Shown here piece after piece: positions 18,381-28,445 of a stretch of DNA of 64,000 nucleotides; the stretch's first letter is position 1; each line of letters starts with the position of its first letter. The translations under genes were made by a program, and so were the position numbers. Source of the DNA: Candidatus Caccoplasma merdavium (GTDB lineage: Bacteria > Bacteroidota > Bacteroidia > Bacteroidales > UBA11471); contig DVLI01000018.1 in the NCBI GenBank assembly GCA_018715595.1, positions 28,348-92,347 on the forward strand, written 5' to 3'. The notes under the pieces are model-generated. The model did not search any database and had not been told where the DNA came from. It saw only the letters and a program-made list of their open reading frames with translations.

Positions 18381-18998
18381 TCAATTCATGTCGGCTTCGG
18401 CAAAATAACGATTGATGATTTCCAACCCCTTCTCGGTGGCAATGCCGCGTATAAAGGTTTTGAAAATCATCTCAAACGCTTCCATGAAGGTAAACTCCAC
18501 GGTGCATATCTCGTCGAGGCTGAAAAGAATATCGAATTTTGTCGAGAGGAGTTGTGCCACAATGTCACAACGGCACTCTTTGAGAATGACCCCTTCGGCC
18601 TGGCCTTGTTCGAGAATGTGGCGCATACTTTCGGTTTGGGAAGCCCGCTCATCATCGAACATGCGCGACACCTGGGGGTGATAACGTTTCAGGTCGGAAA
18701 AATAGTTGCGATTTACATTGCGCATGCGTTTCCATTGTATCATAAAGACTTCGAGCAAAAACACCAAGGCATTGTCGACTTTCTGGGCAACCTCCAACGA
18801 CATTTTTTCTATCTCCCTACGATTCCATGTAAGGCATTCGAGCAAAAGTTGGTCTTTGTCTTTAAAGAGTTCATACAAAGTTCGTTTTGAAATACCCACC
18901 TGTGAAGCGATATAATCCATCGTTATGGATTTGATGCCATGGCGGAGGAAGAGGGCAAATGAGGTTTCTATTACTCGTTGTTTCAGATCGCTGGTCAT
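18381..18998 (-). CDS. TetR/AcrR-family transcriptional regulator
   Basis: N-terminal HTH (FLRHGIKSITMDYIASQVGISKRTLYELF). The ATG at 18998 (MTSDLKQ) is preferred over the GTG at 19022. It lies upstream of the efflux operon. Confidence 0.88.
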   Translation of the reverse strand: MTSDLKQRVIETSFALFLRHGIKSITMDYIASQVGISKRTLYELFKDKDQLLLECLTWNRREIEKMSLEVAQKVDNALVFLLEVFMIQWKRMRNVNRNYFSDLKRYHPQVSRMFDDERASQTESMRHILEQGQAEGVILKECRCDIVAQLLSTKFDILFSLDEICTVEFTFMEAFEMIFKTFIRGIATEKGLEIINRYFAEADMN

Positions 18999-19275
18999 TG
19001 TAAAATATAGATATTGGAGCACAAAGATATAAGAAAACTCAATGAAAGGGAAAAGTTTTCTTGGATTTGTGCATATACACTGTTAATTCATGTAAACTCC
19101 GTTGTGGAGGGCTTTCCCGGCAAACCGTGTCGAATCAACAATCGCAAAGCACCCAACCATGACAATGCAACACAAAACAAGCCATAAAACAGACAATTTA
19201 TCGGCATACGCCTTGTTTCAATATAATTTTGTTTAAAAATCACATTTTATGATGCTACTTTTCCATATAAATTCC

Positions 19276-19283
19276 TATATTTG
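19276..19283 (+). promoter_or_regulatory. Candidate -7 promoter box (TATATTTG) for maeB
   Basis: Matches TAnnTTTG and lies 69 nt upstream of the maeB ATG. Confidence 0.4.
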
Positions 19284-19351
19284 TAGAGCTGAAATTTGGC
19301 CTGACTCAAAAGCAGGCCGTTTTTACTGTTTAAATCTTTATATAAACATAT

Positions 19352-21634
19352 ATGGCAAAAGTTACGAAAGAAGCCGCCTTGCGCTACCACAGCGAAGGTC
19401 GCCCGGGGAAAATAGAAGTAATCCCCACCAAACCTTACAGTACCCAAATGGACCTCTCGCTCGCCTATTCTCCGGGTGTAGCCGAGCCGTGTCTCGAAAT
19501 CGAAAAAGATGCCCAGACAGCGTATGAATACACCTCGAAAGGCAACCTTGTTGCGGTCATCTCCAATGGTACGGCCGTGCTGGGACTTGGCGACATAGGA
19601 GCCTTGGCCGGCAAACCCGTAATGGAAGGCAAAGGACTACTGTTCAAGATTTTTGCCGGCATCGACGTGTTCGACATCGAAGTCAACGAGAAAGACCCCG
19701 AGAAATTCATTCAGGCCGTGAAGGCCATCGCCCCCACCTTCGGCGGCATCAACCTCGAAGACATCAAGGCTCCCGAGTGCTTCGAAATCGAAAACCGGCT
19801 GAAAGCCGAGCTCGACATTCCCGTCATGCATGACGACCAGCACGGAACGGCCATCATCTCCGGCGCCGGACTGCTCAACGCCCTCGAAATCCAAGGCAAG
19901 AAAATCGAAGACGTGCGCATCGTCGTGAACGGAGCCGGCGCATCGGCCATCTCCTGCACCAAGCTCTACATCATGCTCGGCGTGAAACCCGAAAACGTGG
20001 TGATGGTCGACAGCAAAGGGGTCATCAACGACAAACGCACCGACCTCAACGAGTCGAAAAAACAATTTGTCACCCACCGCGACATCAGCACACTGGCCGA
20101 GGCCATGAAAGGCGCCGATGTGTTCTTGGGACTCTCCCGTGCCGATGTATTGAGCCCCGAGATGGTGCAGTCGATGAACGACCGCCCCATCGTCTTCGCA
20201 TTGGCCAACCCCAATCCCGAAATCTCGTATGAAAAGGCCAAGGCTTCGCGTCCCGACCTGATTTTTGCTACCGGCCGTTCGGACTATCCCAACCAAATCA
20301 ACAACGTGCTGGGATTCCCCTACATCTTCCGCGGCGCACTCGACGTGCGGGCCACCTGCATCAACGAAGAGATGAAACTGGCCGCCGTCTATGCCATCGC
20401 CTCCTTGGCCAAAAAACGAGTACCCGACGTGGTGAACGCCGCATACGGCGTCGAAAGCATCAGCTTCGGCCCTGAATACATCATACCCAAAGCCCTCGAC
20501 CCGCGCCTGCTCACCACCGTGGCTCCGGCTGTGGCACAAGCCGCCATCAAATCGGGCGTGGCCCGCAAGACCATCGACAACTGGACGGCTTATCAAACCA
20601 AGCTCGAAGCCCTCATGGGCTACGACAACAAGATGTTGCGCAACTTCACCGACATGGCCAAGCAAAACCCCAAACGCGTGGTATTTGCCGAGGCCAACCA
20701 TGTGAACATGCTCACCGCCGCCGTCACGGCATACCAGGAAGGCGTATGCCACCCTATCCTCCTGGGTAACGCCGACTACATCAGGAACCTCGCCAAGGAT
20801 TTGGGACTGAGCCTCGACGGCATCGAAATCGTCAGCCTGCGTAGTGAAGCCGAAGCTCACCGCCGCCGGCACTATGCCAAAATATTGTCGGAAAAACGTC
20901 ACCGTGAAGGCATCACCCCCGACGAAGCCAACGAGAAGATGTATGACCGCAACTACTTCGGCATGATGATGGTCGAATGCGGCGATGCCGACGCCTTCAT
21001 CACCGGTACCTATACCAAATATACCGAAACGATACAGATTGCCAAAGATGTCATCGGCATTCGCGAGGGCCACACCCACTTCGGTGCCATGCACATCATC
21101 ACGACCCCCAAAGGCACCTTCTTCCTGGCCGACACGCTCATCAACCGTCACCCCAATACCGAGACACTCATCGATATTGCCAAGCTCGCCAACGAAACCC
21201 TCAAATTCTTTGCCCAAGAGCCCAAAATCGCCATGCTCTCCTACTCCAACTTCGGTGCCGACAAAGTGGGCAGCCCGGCTCTCGTGCACGAAGCGGTTGC
21301 CGCCATGCAACGCGAATATCCCGACTTGGCCATCGACGGCGAGATGCAGGTGCACTTTGCCCTGAACAAGGAGTTGCGCGACCGCACCTTCCCGTTCAGC
21401 CGACTGGCCGGCAAAGATGTCAACACGCTCATCTTCCCCAACCTCAGCTCGGCCAACTCGGCCTACAAGCTGCTGCTCGAAATGGGCATCGGCAACTCCA
21501 TCGGCCCGATACAGATGGGCTTGAACAAGCCGATTCACTTCACCGACATCGAGAGCTCGCCGCGCGACATCGTCAACCTCACCACCGTTGCCGTGGTCGA
21601 CGCCATCGTACAAGAGAAAATCGAGAAGAAATAA
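19352..21634 (+). CDS. maeB: NADP-dependent malic enzyme (malic enzyme plus phosphotransacetylase-like C-terminal domain)
   Basis: 760 aa. The N-terminal half is a malic enzyme with an NAD(P)-binding domain (VVNGAGASA). The C-terminal ~330 aa is PTA-like. Confidence 0.93.
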   Translation: MAKVTKEAALRYHSEGRPGKIEVIPTKPYSTQMDLSLAYSPGVAEPCLEIEKDAQTAYEYTSKGNLVAVISNGTAVLGLGDIGALAGKPVMEGKGLLFKIFAGIDVFDIEVNEKDPEKFIQAVKAIAPTFGGINLEDIKAPECFEIENRLKAELDIPVMHDDQHGTAIISGAGLLNALEIQGKKIEDVRIVVNGAGASAISCTKLYIMLGVKPENVVMVDSKGVINDKRTDLNESKKQFVTHRDISTLAEAMKGADVFLGLSRADVLSPEMVQSMNDRPIVFALANPNPEISYEKAKASRPDLIFATGRSDYPNQINNVLGFPYIFRGALDVRATCINEEMKLAAVYAIASLAKKRVPDVVNAAYGVESISFGPEYIIPKALDPRLLTTVAPAVAQAAIKSGVARKTIDNWTAYQTKLEALMGYDNKMLRNFTDMAKQNPKRVVFAEANHVNMLTAAVTAYQEGVCHPILLGNADYIRNLAKDLGLSLDGIEIVSLRSEAEAHRRRHYAKILSEKRHREGITPDEANEKMYDRNYFGMMMVECGDADAFITGTYTKYTETIQIAKDVIGIREGHTHFGAMHIITTPKGTFFLADTLINRHPNTETLIDIAKLANETLKFFAQEPKIAMLSYSNFGADKVGSPALVHEAVAAMQREYPDLAIDGEMQVHFALNKELRDRTFPFSRLAGKDVNTLIFPNLSSANSAYKLLLEMGIGNSIGPIQMGLNKPIHFTDIESSPRDIVNLTTVAVVDAIVQEKIEKK

Positions 21635-21655
21635 GTTTTTCAATCTTTCACCGAC

Positions 21656-21692
21656 GGCACCGTCCCGAATGATTTCGGAACGGTGCCGTTTT
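21656..21692 (+). terminator. Intrinsic terminator after maeB
   Basis: GGCACCGT...ACGGTGCC stem with an inner CCGAA/TTCGG extension, followed by GTTTT. It lies 22 nt after the stop. Confidence 0.75.
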
Positions 21693-21711
21693 CCTATCCG
21701 ACTTCGCTGCC

Positions 21712-22314
21712 ATGAAAAAAACGCTTTTACTGCTTTTCCTGTTTGCCACCTCAGTCCTTTCGGCTCAAAACGTGGTCAACATTCAATACTCTGATAGTGA
21801 CGACCCTGTGTGGAAACTATACGCCAAGGCACAAAACTGTCATTATATGCGAGTGACCCTGTCGGGAGATTTCTCCGGGAAAACACGGTACAGGGTTTTT
21901 CAAAACGTCTGCCGGGACGGGCACATCACGACACAAAAAGATGTCCTGCCCGAACGATTCTACTGGTCGTCGATAAACGACTCCATCATAACCATCGACT
22001 TCCTCTCCTATCCTGTAACTCCCGACAGCGTGAAAATAGTCACTGACAACAGTGCCTACGACATCTCCAAAAGCATGGAATTCGCATCTGGTGGCATCTT
22101 CATGGAGACCCTTAGCGAAGAACCTTACACCACTTGGCAAGAGATACCTTTTATCGCCTATACCTCGGGTATCATAGAACCGATAGTCATTGAGGGTAAA
22201 AGTTACGACGCACAGAAATTCTGTAAATTGCGAGACATGAAATTGCACCCGATAAAATGGAAAGACATCGAAGGGGTGAGCGACTACATCTATTTCTCAA
22301 TCATCTTTCAATAA
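21712..22314 (+). CDS. Hypothetical secreted protein, no family recognised
   Basis: 200 aa. Signal peptide MKKTLLLLFLFATSVLSAQN. Visibly more AT-rich than its neighbours. No motif I can name. Confidence 0.6.
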   Translation: MKKTLLLLFLFATSVLSAQNVVNIQYSDSDDPVWKLYAKAQNCHYMRVTLSGDFSGKTRYRVFQNVCRDGHITTQKDVLPERFYWSSINDSIITIDFLSYPVTPDSVKIVTDNSAYDISKSMEFASGGIFMETLSEEPYTTWQEIPFIAYTSGIIEPIVIEGKSYDAQKFCKLRDMKLHPIKWKDIEGVSDYIYFSIIFQ

Positions 22315-22388
22315 ACCGGGCCACAAACAAGCCGAGGCGGTAATGGTTGTTCCATCACCGCCTCGGCTGTATAGTGAATCCGATATTT

Positions 22389-23741
22389 TTACGAACGAGG
22401 AGTGAAACGCAACTCTTTACCCCGGCAGGAAGGCTCGACCTGCCCGTTCTGATAGGCTATGATGCCATTGACAAACGTGGTGTCGATGGTCACCGGGAAC
22501 GTATGGTTCATAAAGGGCGACCAGCAGCACTTGGTCAACACGTTCTCGGGAGTGACGGTATAAGGCTGTTGCGGGTCGACCAGCACCATATCGGCATAAT
22601 ATCCGGGACGGATAAATCCGCGGCGTTCGATTCCGAACAACTTGGCCGGAGCATGGCACATGCGTTCGACAACGGTCTCGACGGGAATCACGCCCTGCAA
22701 CGATTTTTCGAGCATCACTTGCAAGGAGTGTTGCACCAGGGGGCCGCCCGAGGCGGCTTCGAGGCACGACCCCTCCTTCTCGGCCAAGAGGTGCGGAGCG
22801 TGGTCGGTGGCCACGACATCGATGCGCCCCGAGACAGTGGCCTGCATGAGTGCTTCGCGGTCGGCCGCCGTCTTGATGGCCGGGTTCCACTTGATAAGGT
22901 TCCCATACTCGGCATAGTCGCGGTCGTCGAAAAAGAGGTGATGCACGCACACCTCGCCGGTGATGCGTTTTTCCTCAATGGGGCCGTCACTCAGGAGGGT
23001 CAACTCCTTGGCCGTGGAGAGATGGAGCAAATGCAATCGGGCATTGTAACGTTGCGCCAATTCTACGGCCTGCGACGAGGAGGCATAACAGGCTTCGGCA
23101 CTGCGTATCAGCGGGTGAAAGGTCACCGGCAGGTTTTCGCCGAACTCTTCGATGTACTTCTGTTTGTTGGCCTTGATGATTTCTTCTTTTTCGCAATGCA
23201 CGGCAATGAGCGCGGGTGCCTCGGAGAAGATGCGGGACAGCGCGTCGGCATTATCGACCAGCATATTCCCGGTCGACGAGCCCATAAACACTTTCACGCC
23301 GCACACCCGGCGATAGTCGGCACGAAGCACCTCTTCGATGTTTTCGTTGGTCGCACCGATGTAGAACGAATAGTTGGCCAATGAAGTCTGTGCCGCACGG
23401 GCGAACTTCCAGTCGAGCGCGTCACGCGTAATCGTCGGAGGCTTGGTGTTGGGCATCTCCATGAAGGAGGTGACGCCCCCGGCCACAGCGGCCATCGACT
23501 CGGTATTGATGTCGGCCTTGTGGGTAAGGCCGGGCTCCCTGAAATGCACCTGGTCGTCGATAACACCCGGCAGGAGCCACTTGCCGGTGGCATCGATGAC
23601 GCGGTCGACATGGCCTTCGATGTCGGCATAAGAATCGTCGGTATAGACGGTCGAGATGGTATCACCGACCACCAGCACCGAAGCCAACTGGCTTTTGCCC
23701 TCGTTGATGAGCAGGGCATTTTTTATCAAGAGACTTTTCAT
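22389..23741 (-). CDS. pyrC: Dihydroorotase (amidohydrolase superfamily, long Bacteroidetes type)
   Basis: 450 aa. Metal-binding DDQVHFREPG (HxH-type), plus DVVATDHAPH. Confidence 0.85.
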   Translation of the reverse strand: MKSLLIKNALLINEGKSQLASVLVVGDTISTVYTDDSYADIEGHVDRVIDATGKWLLPGVIDDQVHFREPGLTHKADINTESMAAVAGGVTSFMEMPNTKPPTITRDALDWKFARAAQTSLANYSFYIGATNENIEEVLRADYRRVCGVKVFMGSSTGNMLVDNADALSRIFSEAPALIAVHCEKEEIIKANKQKYIEEFGENLPVTFHPLIRSAEACYASSSQAVELAQRYNARLHLLHLSTAKELTLLSDGPIEEKRITGEVCVHHLFFDDRDYAEYGNLIKWNPAIKTAADREALMQATVSGRIDVVATDHAPHLLAEKEGSCLEAASGGPLVQHSLQVMLEKSLQGVIPVETVVERMCHAPAKLFGIERRGFIRPGYYADMVLVDPQQPYTVTPENVLTKCCWSPFMNHTFPVTIDTTFVNGIIAYQNGQVEPSCRGKELRFTPRS

Positions 23742-23756
23742 GGGTGCCTCAACGGG

Positions 23757-24521
23757 TTATTGTTTGCTTTTCTGGGGATATTTCCTGAACCAGCTCCAAA
23801 ATTTGAGCCGCAGGACACCGAAGACCGCTTCGCCGAAGATGCCGCCGCTCATCTTGCTCACGCCGAGTTCGCGGTTGATGAAGATGATGGGCACTTCGGT
23901 TATCTTGAATCCGCACTTGTAGGCGGTAAACTTCATCTCGATCTGGAAGGCATATCCTTTGAAGTGGATACGGTCGAGTTCTATCGTTTCGAGCACCTCG
24001 CGACGGTAGCAGACAAAACCGGCCGTGGTGTCGGCGATTTTGAGTCCGGTGACGATGCGCACATATTTCGAGGCGTAGTATGACATGATGACGCGCCCCA
24101 TGGGCCAGTTGACCACGTTGACGCCAGTAATGTAACGCGAACCGATGGACATGTCGGCTCCCCCGTTGGCACAGGCGTCGTAGAGACGCAACAGGTCGTT
24201 GGGGTTGTGGGAGAAATCGGCGTCCATCTCGAAGATGTAGTCATACTTCTGCTCGATGGTCCATTTGAAGCCGGTGATGTAGGCCGTGCCGAGGCCGAGT
24301 TTTCCCCGCCGCTCGATCATGTGCAGACGGCCGGCAAACTCGTCGGCCTGCAACCGCTTGACGATGTCGGCGGTACCGTCGGGCGAACCGTCGTCGATAA
24401 TCAACACATCGAACACATGCGGCAACGTCATCACCGCGCGTATGATATTCTCTACATTTTCTTTTTCGTTATAGGTCGGAATGATAACCACCCCGTCGGC
24501 TTTTTTCTGGACTTCACTCAT
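23757..24521 (-). CDS. Polyprenol/dolichyl-phosphate mannose synthase-like family 2 glycosyltransferase
   Basis: 254 aa. GT2 motifs VVIIPTYNE and LIIDDGSPDGT, and DxD in MDADFSH. Confidence 0.88.
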   Translation of the reverse strand: MSEVQKKADGVVIIPTYNEKENVENIIRAVMTLPHVFDVLIIDDGSPDGTADIVKRLQADEFAGRLHMIERRGKLGLGTAYITGFKWTIEQKYDYIFEMDADFSHNPNDLLRLYDACANGGADMSIGSRYITGVNVVNWPMGRVIMSYYASKYVRIVTGLKIADTTAGFVCYRREVLETIELDRIHFKGYAFQIEMKFTAYKCGFKITEVPIIFINRELGVSKMSGGIFGEAVFGVLRLKFWSWFRKYPQKSKQ

Positions 24522-24761
24522 AAATTTGAGGCGTTGGTAAGTGGCTACAAAGTTAAACGAAATAGGGAGATTGCAAAACTTCCTCGGTATAAAATATCGG
24601 AATGCGACCCGGTTTTGGGGACGAAACGTTCATTTTTGCCAACCGCGGAGGCTCCGAAGGCGTGCGAGCAGGAGGATAGGGGAACGGCAAAACGGACGCG
24701 GGAATTTCCGTCGGAATTTTGTTTTTACATTCCAGTCTCCTGCATTTTGAGGTAAAAAATG

Positions 24762-24769
24762 TATTTTTG
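24762..24769 (+). promoter_or_regulatory. Candidate -7 promoter box (TATTTTTG) for mfd
   Basis: Matches TAnnTTTG and lies 19 nt upstream of the mfd ATG. Confidence 0.35.
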
Positions 24770-24787
24770 CGACAACATTTCAGAATC

Positions 24788-27700
24788 ATGGTCGAACTCC
24801 ATTCGTTACAAAATCTGTTCTTGACAACGGCTCGCGGCGAAGCCTTGAAGCGTTTTGTCAAGGACGGCACTCTCTCCCGGCTGCATGTCTCGGGGCTGCA
24901 AGGCTCGGCGGCGGCGTTGCTGCTTTCGGGGCTTCCCGAGTGCGGCGTCACGACGCTTTTCATCGCCAACGACGCCGAAGAGGCCGGTTATCTCTACAAC
25001 GACTTCACCCAGATACGGGGCGACGAGCGGGTGCTGTTTTTCCCCTCGGGCTACAAGCGGGCGTTGAAATACGGGCAGGTCGACCCGGCCGCCGACATTC
25101 TCCGCACCGACACCATCAACCGCCTGCAACAGGCCGCCGAACCGCTCATCGTGGTGACCTACCCCGATGCGCTTTGCGAAAAGGTGGCCTCGAACGAAGA
25201 GCTGCACCGCAACACCCTGCGGCTGGCCAAGGGCGAGAAGTGCAACCTGACCGATGTGGCCGACATTCTCTCGGGCTACGGATTCGAACGCGTCGACTAT
25301 GTCTACGAGCCGGGGCAGTTTGCCGTCAGAGGCAGCATTGTCGACGTCTATTCGTTCTCCTCCGACCTGCCCTTCCGCATCGACACTTTCGGCGATGAAA
25401 TAGAGAGCATACGGGCGTTCAACATCGACACGCAACTTTCGCAAGAGCCCGTCGAGGAGATTTCCATCATTCCCGACCTGCAAAAGGGTTCCGAGTCGGG
25501 CATCTCGCTGCTGCAATTCATCGACCCGCATACGATGCTCGCGGTGAAAGACCTGGCCTGGGTGCTCGAACGCATGCACAGCATCGCCACCGACACCATC
25601 TCGCAGCAGCTGCTCATCACCGAGGAGGGCGACCTGCATGCCCGCGAGAAACTTATCGACGTCGACGAGTTTGCCCGCGGCGTGCTCGACTTCAAACGCA
25701 TCGACTACGGCAACAAGCCGTTCCACGGAGAGACGGGTGCGACCCTGGCGCTGAACTGCTCGCCGCAACCCATCTACCACAAGAATTTCGACCTCGTGAG
25801 CGAATCGTTCTCTTCGCTGCTGCACGAGGGCTACTCGCTCTATATCCTGAGCGACAGCGAGAAACAGACACAACGCATCGCCAACATTTTCGAGGACAAA
25901 GGCGAAGACATCGCCTTCACCGCCGTCAACAAAACCCTGCACGAGGGATTCATCGACAACGAATTGCACCTCTGCTTCTTTACCGACCACCAGCTCTTCG
26001 ATCGATTCCACAAATACCGGCTGCGCAGCGAGAAGGCCCGCTCGGGCAAACTGGCGCTGTCGCTCAAAGAGCTGCGCCAGTTCGAGGTAGGCGACTACAT
26101 CGTGCACATCGACCACGGCGTGGGCAAGTTCGGCGGGCTGTTCCGTGCCGAGCTCAACGGCACCATGCAAGAGGTCATCAAGCTCATCTATCAGAACGAC
26201 GACATTCTCTTCGTCAACATACACGCCCTGCACAAACTGGCCAAATACCGGGCCAAGGAGGGTGAACCGCCCCGCATCAGCAAACTGGGGTCGGGCGCCT
26301 GGGAGCGCATGAAGGAGAAGACCAAGAGCAAGATGAAAGACATCGCCCGCGACCTCATCAAGCTCTATGCCCAACGATGCAACGAAAAGGGCTTTGCTTT
26401 CTCGCCCGACACCTTCATGCAACACGAGCTCGAAGCCTCGTTTATCTATGAAGACACGCCCGACCAACTGAAATCGACGGCCGAAGTGAAAGCCGACATG
26501 GAACGCGACCGCCCCATGGACCGCCTCATCTGCGGCGACGTGGGCTTCGGCAAGACCGAAATCGCCATACGCGCCGCCTTCAAGGCCGCCTGCGACAACA
26601 AGCAGGTGGCAGTGCTGGTACCCACGACGGTGCTGGCCTTCCAGCATTTCAAGACATTCAGCGAGCGGCTCAAAGATTTCCCCGTGAAAGTGTCGTACCT
26701 GAGCCGCGCCCGCACCTCGGCACAAATCAAAGAGACCATCAAAGGCATCGCCGACGGCAGCATCAACATCGTCATCGGCACGCACCGCCTCATCGGGAAA
26801 GACGTGAAATTCAAAGACCTCGGGCTGCTCATCATCGACGAGGAACAGAAATTCGGCGTCGCCGTGAAAGAGAAACTCAAACAGATGCGCGTCAATGTCG
26901 ACACCCTCACCATGTCGGCCACCCCTATCCCCCGCACGCTGCAATTCTCGCTCATGGGAGCCCGAGACCTCTCGGCCATCACCACGCCGCCCCCCAACCG
27001 CTACCCGATACAGACCGAGGTGCACGCCTTCAACGAAGACATCATACGCGAAGCGGTCAACTTCGAGTTGAGCCGCGGCGGACAGGTTTTCGTCGTGAAC
27101 AACCGCATACCGCAACTCTACGACCTCGAACGGCTCATTCACAAACTCGCACCGGGTGCCCGCACCGTCATCGGCCACGGGCAGATGAACCCCGAGGAGC
27201 TCGAACGGGCCATCTTGGGCTTTGCCGACTACGAGTATGACGTGCTCATCGCCACGACCATCATCGAGTCGGGCATCGACATGCCCAACACCAACACCAT
27301 CATCATCAACAACGCCCAGAACTTCGGCCTGAGCGAGCTGCACCAGTTGCGCGGCCGCGTGGGTCGCAGCAACAAAAAGGCTTTCTGCTACCTGCTCACC
27401 CCTCCCCTGCGCGAACTTACGGTCGACGCGCGACGCCGCTTGCAGGCCATCGAGAGTTTCTCGGAACTGGGCAGCGGCATACACATCGCCATGCAAGACC
27501 TCGACATACGCGGAGCGGGCAACCTGCTGGGCGCCGAACAGAGCGGATTCATCGCCGACCTCGGCTACGAAACCTACCAGAAAATCCTGCGCGAAGCGGT
27601 GCAGGAACTGAAAGAAGACGAGTTTGGCGACCTCTATGCCTCGACCGACGACGAACCGGAGAGCTACTCGGCCGACTGCCAAATCGAGTCGGATCTCGAA

Positions 27701-28132
27701 CTGCTCTTCCCCAACGACTACATTCCCGGCGCCTCGGAACGCATCTCGCTCTACCAGGAACTCGACAACATGGAGAAGGAGAGCGACATTCAGGCGTTTG
27801 CCGAACGGCTGCGCGACCGCTTCGGCCGCATACCGCACGAGGGCGAAGAACTGATACGCGTGGTGAGCCTGCGCCGCATGGCCAAGCAACTGGGCATGGA
27901 AAAGGTGGTGCTGAAACAGGGCAAGATGATTCTGCATTTCGTCTCGGACGAGCACACACGGTATTTCCAGTCGCCGGCCTTCGGCAAGATACTGACCTAC
28001 CTGCAAAAGTATCCCCGCCGCTGCCAGCTGCGCGAGATAAAGGGAAAACGGTCGATGGTCGTGGCTCAGGTCGACTCGGTAAAATGCGGCATGGAGATTC
28101 TCCAAGAGATTCTCAACCTCGACGCGGCATAA
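24788..28132 (+). CDS. mfd: Transcription-repair coupling factor
   Basis: The internal ATG at 24788 gives 1114 aa. Contains a UvrB-homology region, a CarD/RNAP-interacting domain, SF2 helicase motifs (GDVGFGKTE, IIDEEQKFGV) and a TRCF C-terminal domain. Confidence 0.93.
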   Translation: MVELHSLQNLFLTTARGEALKRFVKDGTLSRLHVSGLQGSAAALLLSGLPECGVTTLFIANDAEEAGYLYNDFTQIRGDERVLFFPSGYKRALKYGQVDPAADILRTDTINRLQQAAEPLIVVTYPDALCEKVASNEELHRNTLRLAKGEKCNLTDVADILSGYGFERVDYVYEPGQFAVRGSIVDVYSFSSDLPFRIDTFGDEIESIRAFNIDTQLSQEPVEEISIIPDLQKGSESGISLLQFIDPHTMLAVKDLAWVLERMHSIATDTISQQLLITEEGDLHAREKLIDVDEFARGVLDFKRIDYGNKPFHGETGATLALNCSPQPIYHKNFDLVSESFSSLLHEGYSLYILSDSEKQTQRIANIFEDKGEDIAFTAVNKTLHEGFIDNELHLCFFTDHQLFDRFHKYRLRSEKARSGKLALSLKELRQFEVGDYIVHIDHGVGKFGGLFRAELNGTMQEVIKLIYQNDDILFVNIHALHKLAKYRAKEGEPPRISKLGSGAWERMKEKTKSKMKDIARDLIKLYAQRCNEKGFAFSPDTFMQHELEASFIYEDTPDQLKSTAEVKADMERDRPMDRLICGDVGFGKTEIAIRAAFKAACDNKQVAVLVPTTVLAFQHFKTFSERLKDFPVKVSYLSRARTSAQIKETIKGIADGSINIVIGTHRLIGKDVKFKDLGLLIIDEEQKFGVAVKEKLKQMRVNVDTLTMSATPIPRTLQFSLMGARDLSAITTPPPNRYPIQTEVHAFNEDIIREAVNFELSRGGQVFVVNNRIPQLYDLERLIHKLAPGARTVIGHGQMNPEELERAILGFADYEYDVLIATTIIESGIDMPNTNTIIINNAQNFGLSELHQLRGRVGRSNKKAFCYLLTPPLRELTVDARRRLQAIESFSELGSGIHIAMQDLDIRGAGNLLGAEQSGFIADLGYETYQKILREAVQELKEDEFGDLYASTDDEPESYSADCQIESDLELLFPNDYIPGASERISLYQELDNMEKESDIQAFAERLRDRFGRIPHEGEELIRVVSLRRMAKQLGMEKVVLKQGKMILHFVSDEHTRYFQSPAFGKILTYLQKYPRRCQLREIKGKRSMVVAQVDSVKCGMEILQEILNLDAA

Positions 28133-28261
28133 ACACACGAAAATTTTTTCCGGGATTCCCGTCCGGAGACAGGGGCGACGATTCACGCCGGATTCCGAGC
28201 CGACACCCGAAACGACGGGGAGGTTACGGTCTTTTGCTTTTGCTCGCTGCTCCACCACTCC

Positions 28262-28326
28262 CCCGCTGTTCTTTGCATTTTCCCGCTGTCCTTGTCATTC
28301 CCCGCTTGACGGGGAATCCTCCCGCA
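28262..28326 (+). repeat. Four phased CCCGC(T/A) direct repeats at 19-20 bp spacing
   Basis: CCCGCT at 28262, 28282 and 28301, and CCCGCA at 28321. The third copy sits inside the hairpin ATTCCCCG-CTTGA-CGGGGAAT. The array lies 76-140 nt upstream of the candidate promoter of the TlpA-like gene. Confidence 0.5.
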
Positions 28327-28401
28327 TGGCAAAAAGCCGGGAAATGACAAAAACTCCAAACCAACGCAAAAAATAAAGCGGGGAAACTGTAACCTTTTCC
28401 T

Positions 28402-28409
28402 TACTTTTG
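28402..28409 (+). promoter_or_regulatory. Candidate -7 promoter box (TACTTTTG) for the TlpA-like gene
   Basis: Matches TAnnTTTG and lies 37 nt upstream of the ATG at 28446. Confidence 0.4.
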
Positions 28410-28445
28410 CGACTAAGAGAGAAAAAACCTCTACTTACAAACCCC

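Noticed and set aside
19637-21643. 668-aa minus-strand ORF
   Set aside because: It is antisense to maeB, which has unambiguous malic enzyme and PTA motifs. It is a shadow ORF.
24806-28258. 1150-aa ORF on the minus strand
   Set aside because: It is exactly antisense to mfd. Its composition is dominated by G/V/A/D/R/H/L with no recognisable motifs. This is a typical shadow ORF produced by the GC3-rich codon usage of the real gene.
28133-28445. Possible mobile-element remnant or shared repeats flanking the TlpA-like gene (28133-28445 versus 30054-30249)
   Set aside because: Both spacers are GC-rich and contain CCGGGA/TCCCGG-type words, but I could not align them as direct or inverted repeats. 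There are no target-site duplications and no transposase.
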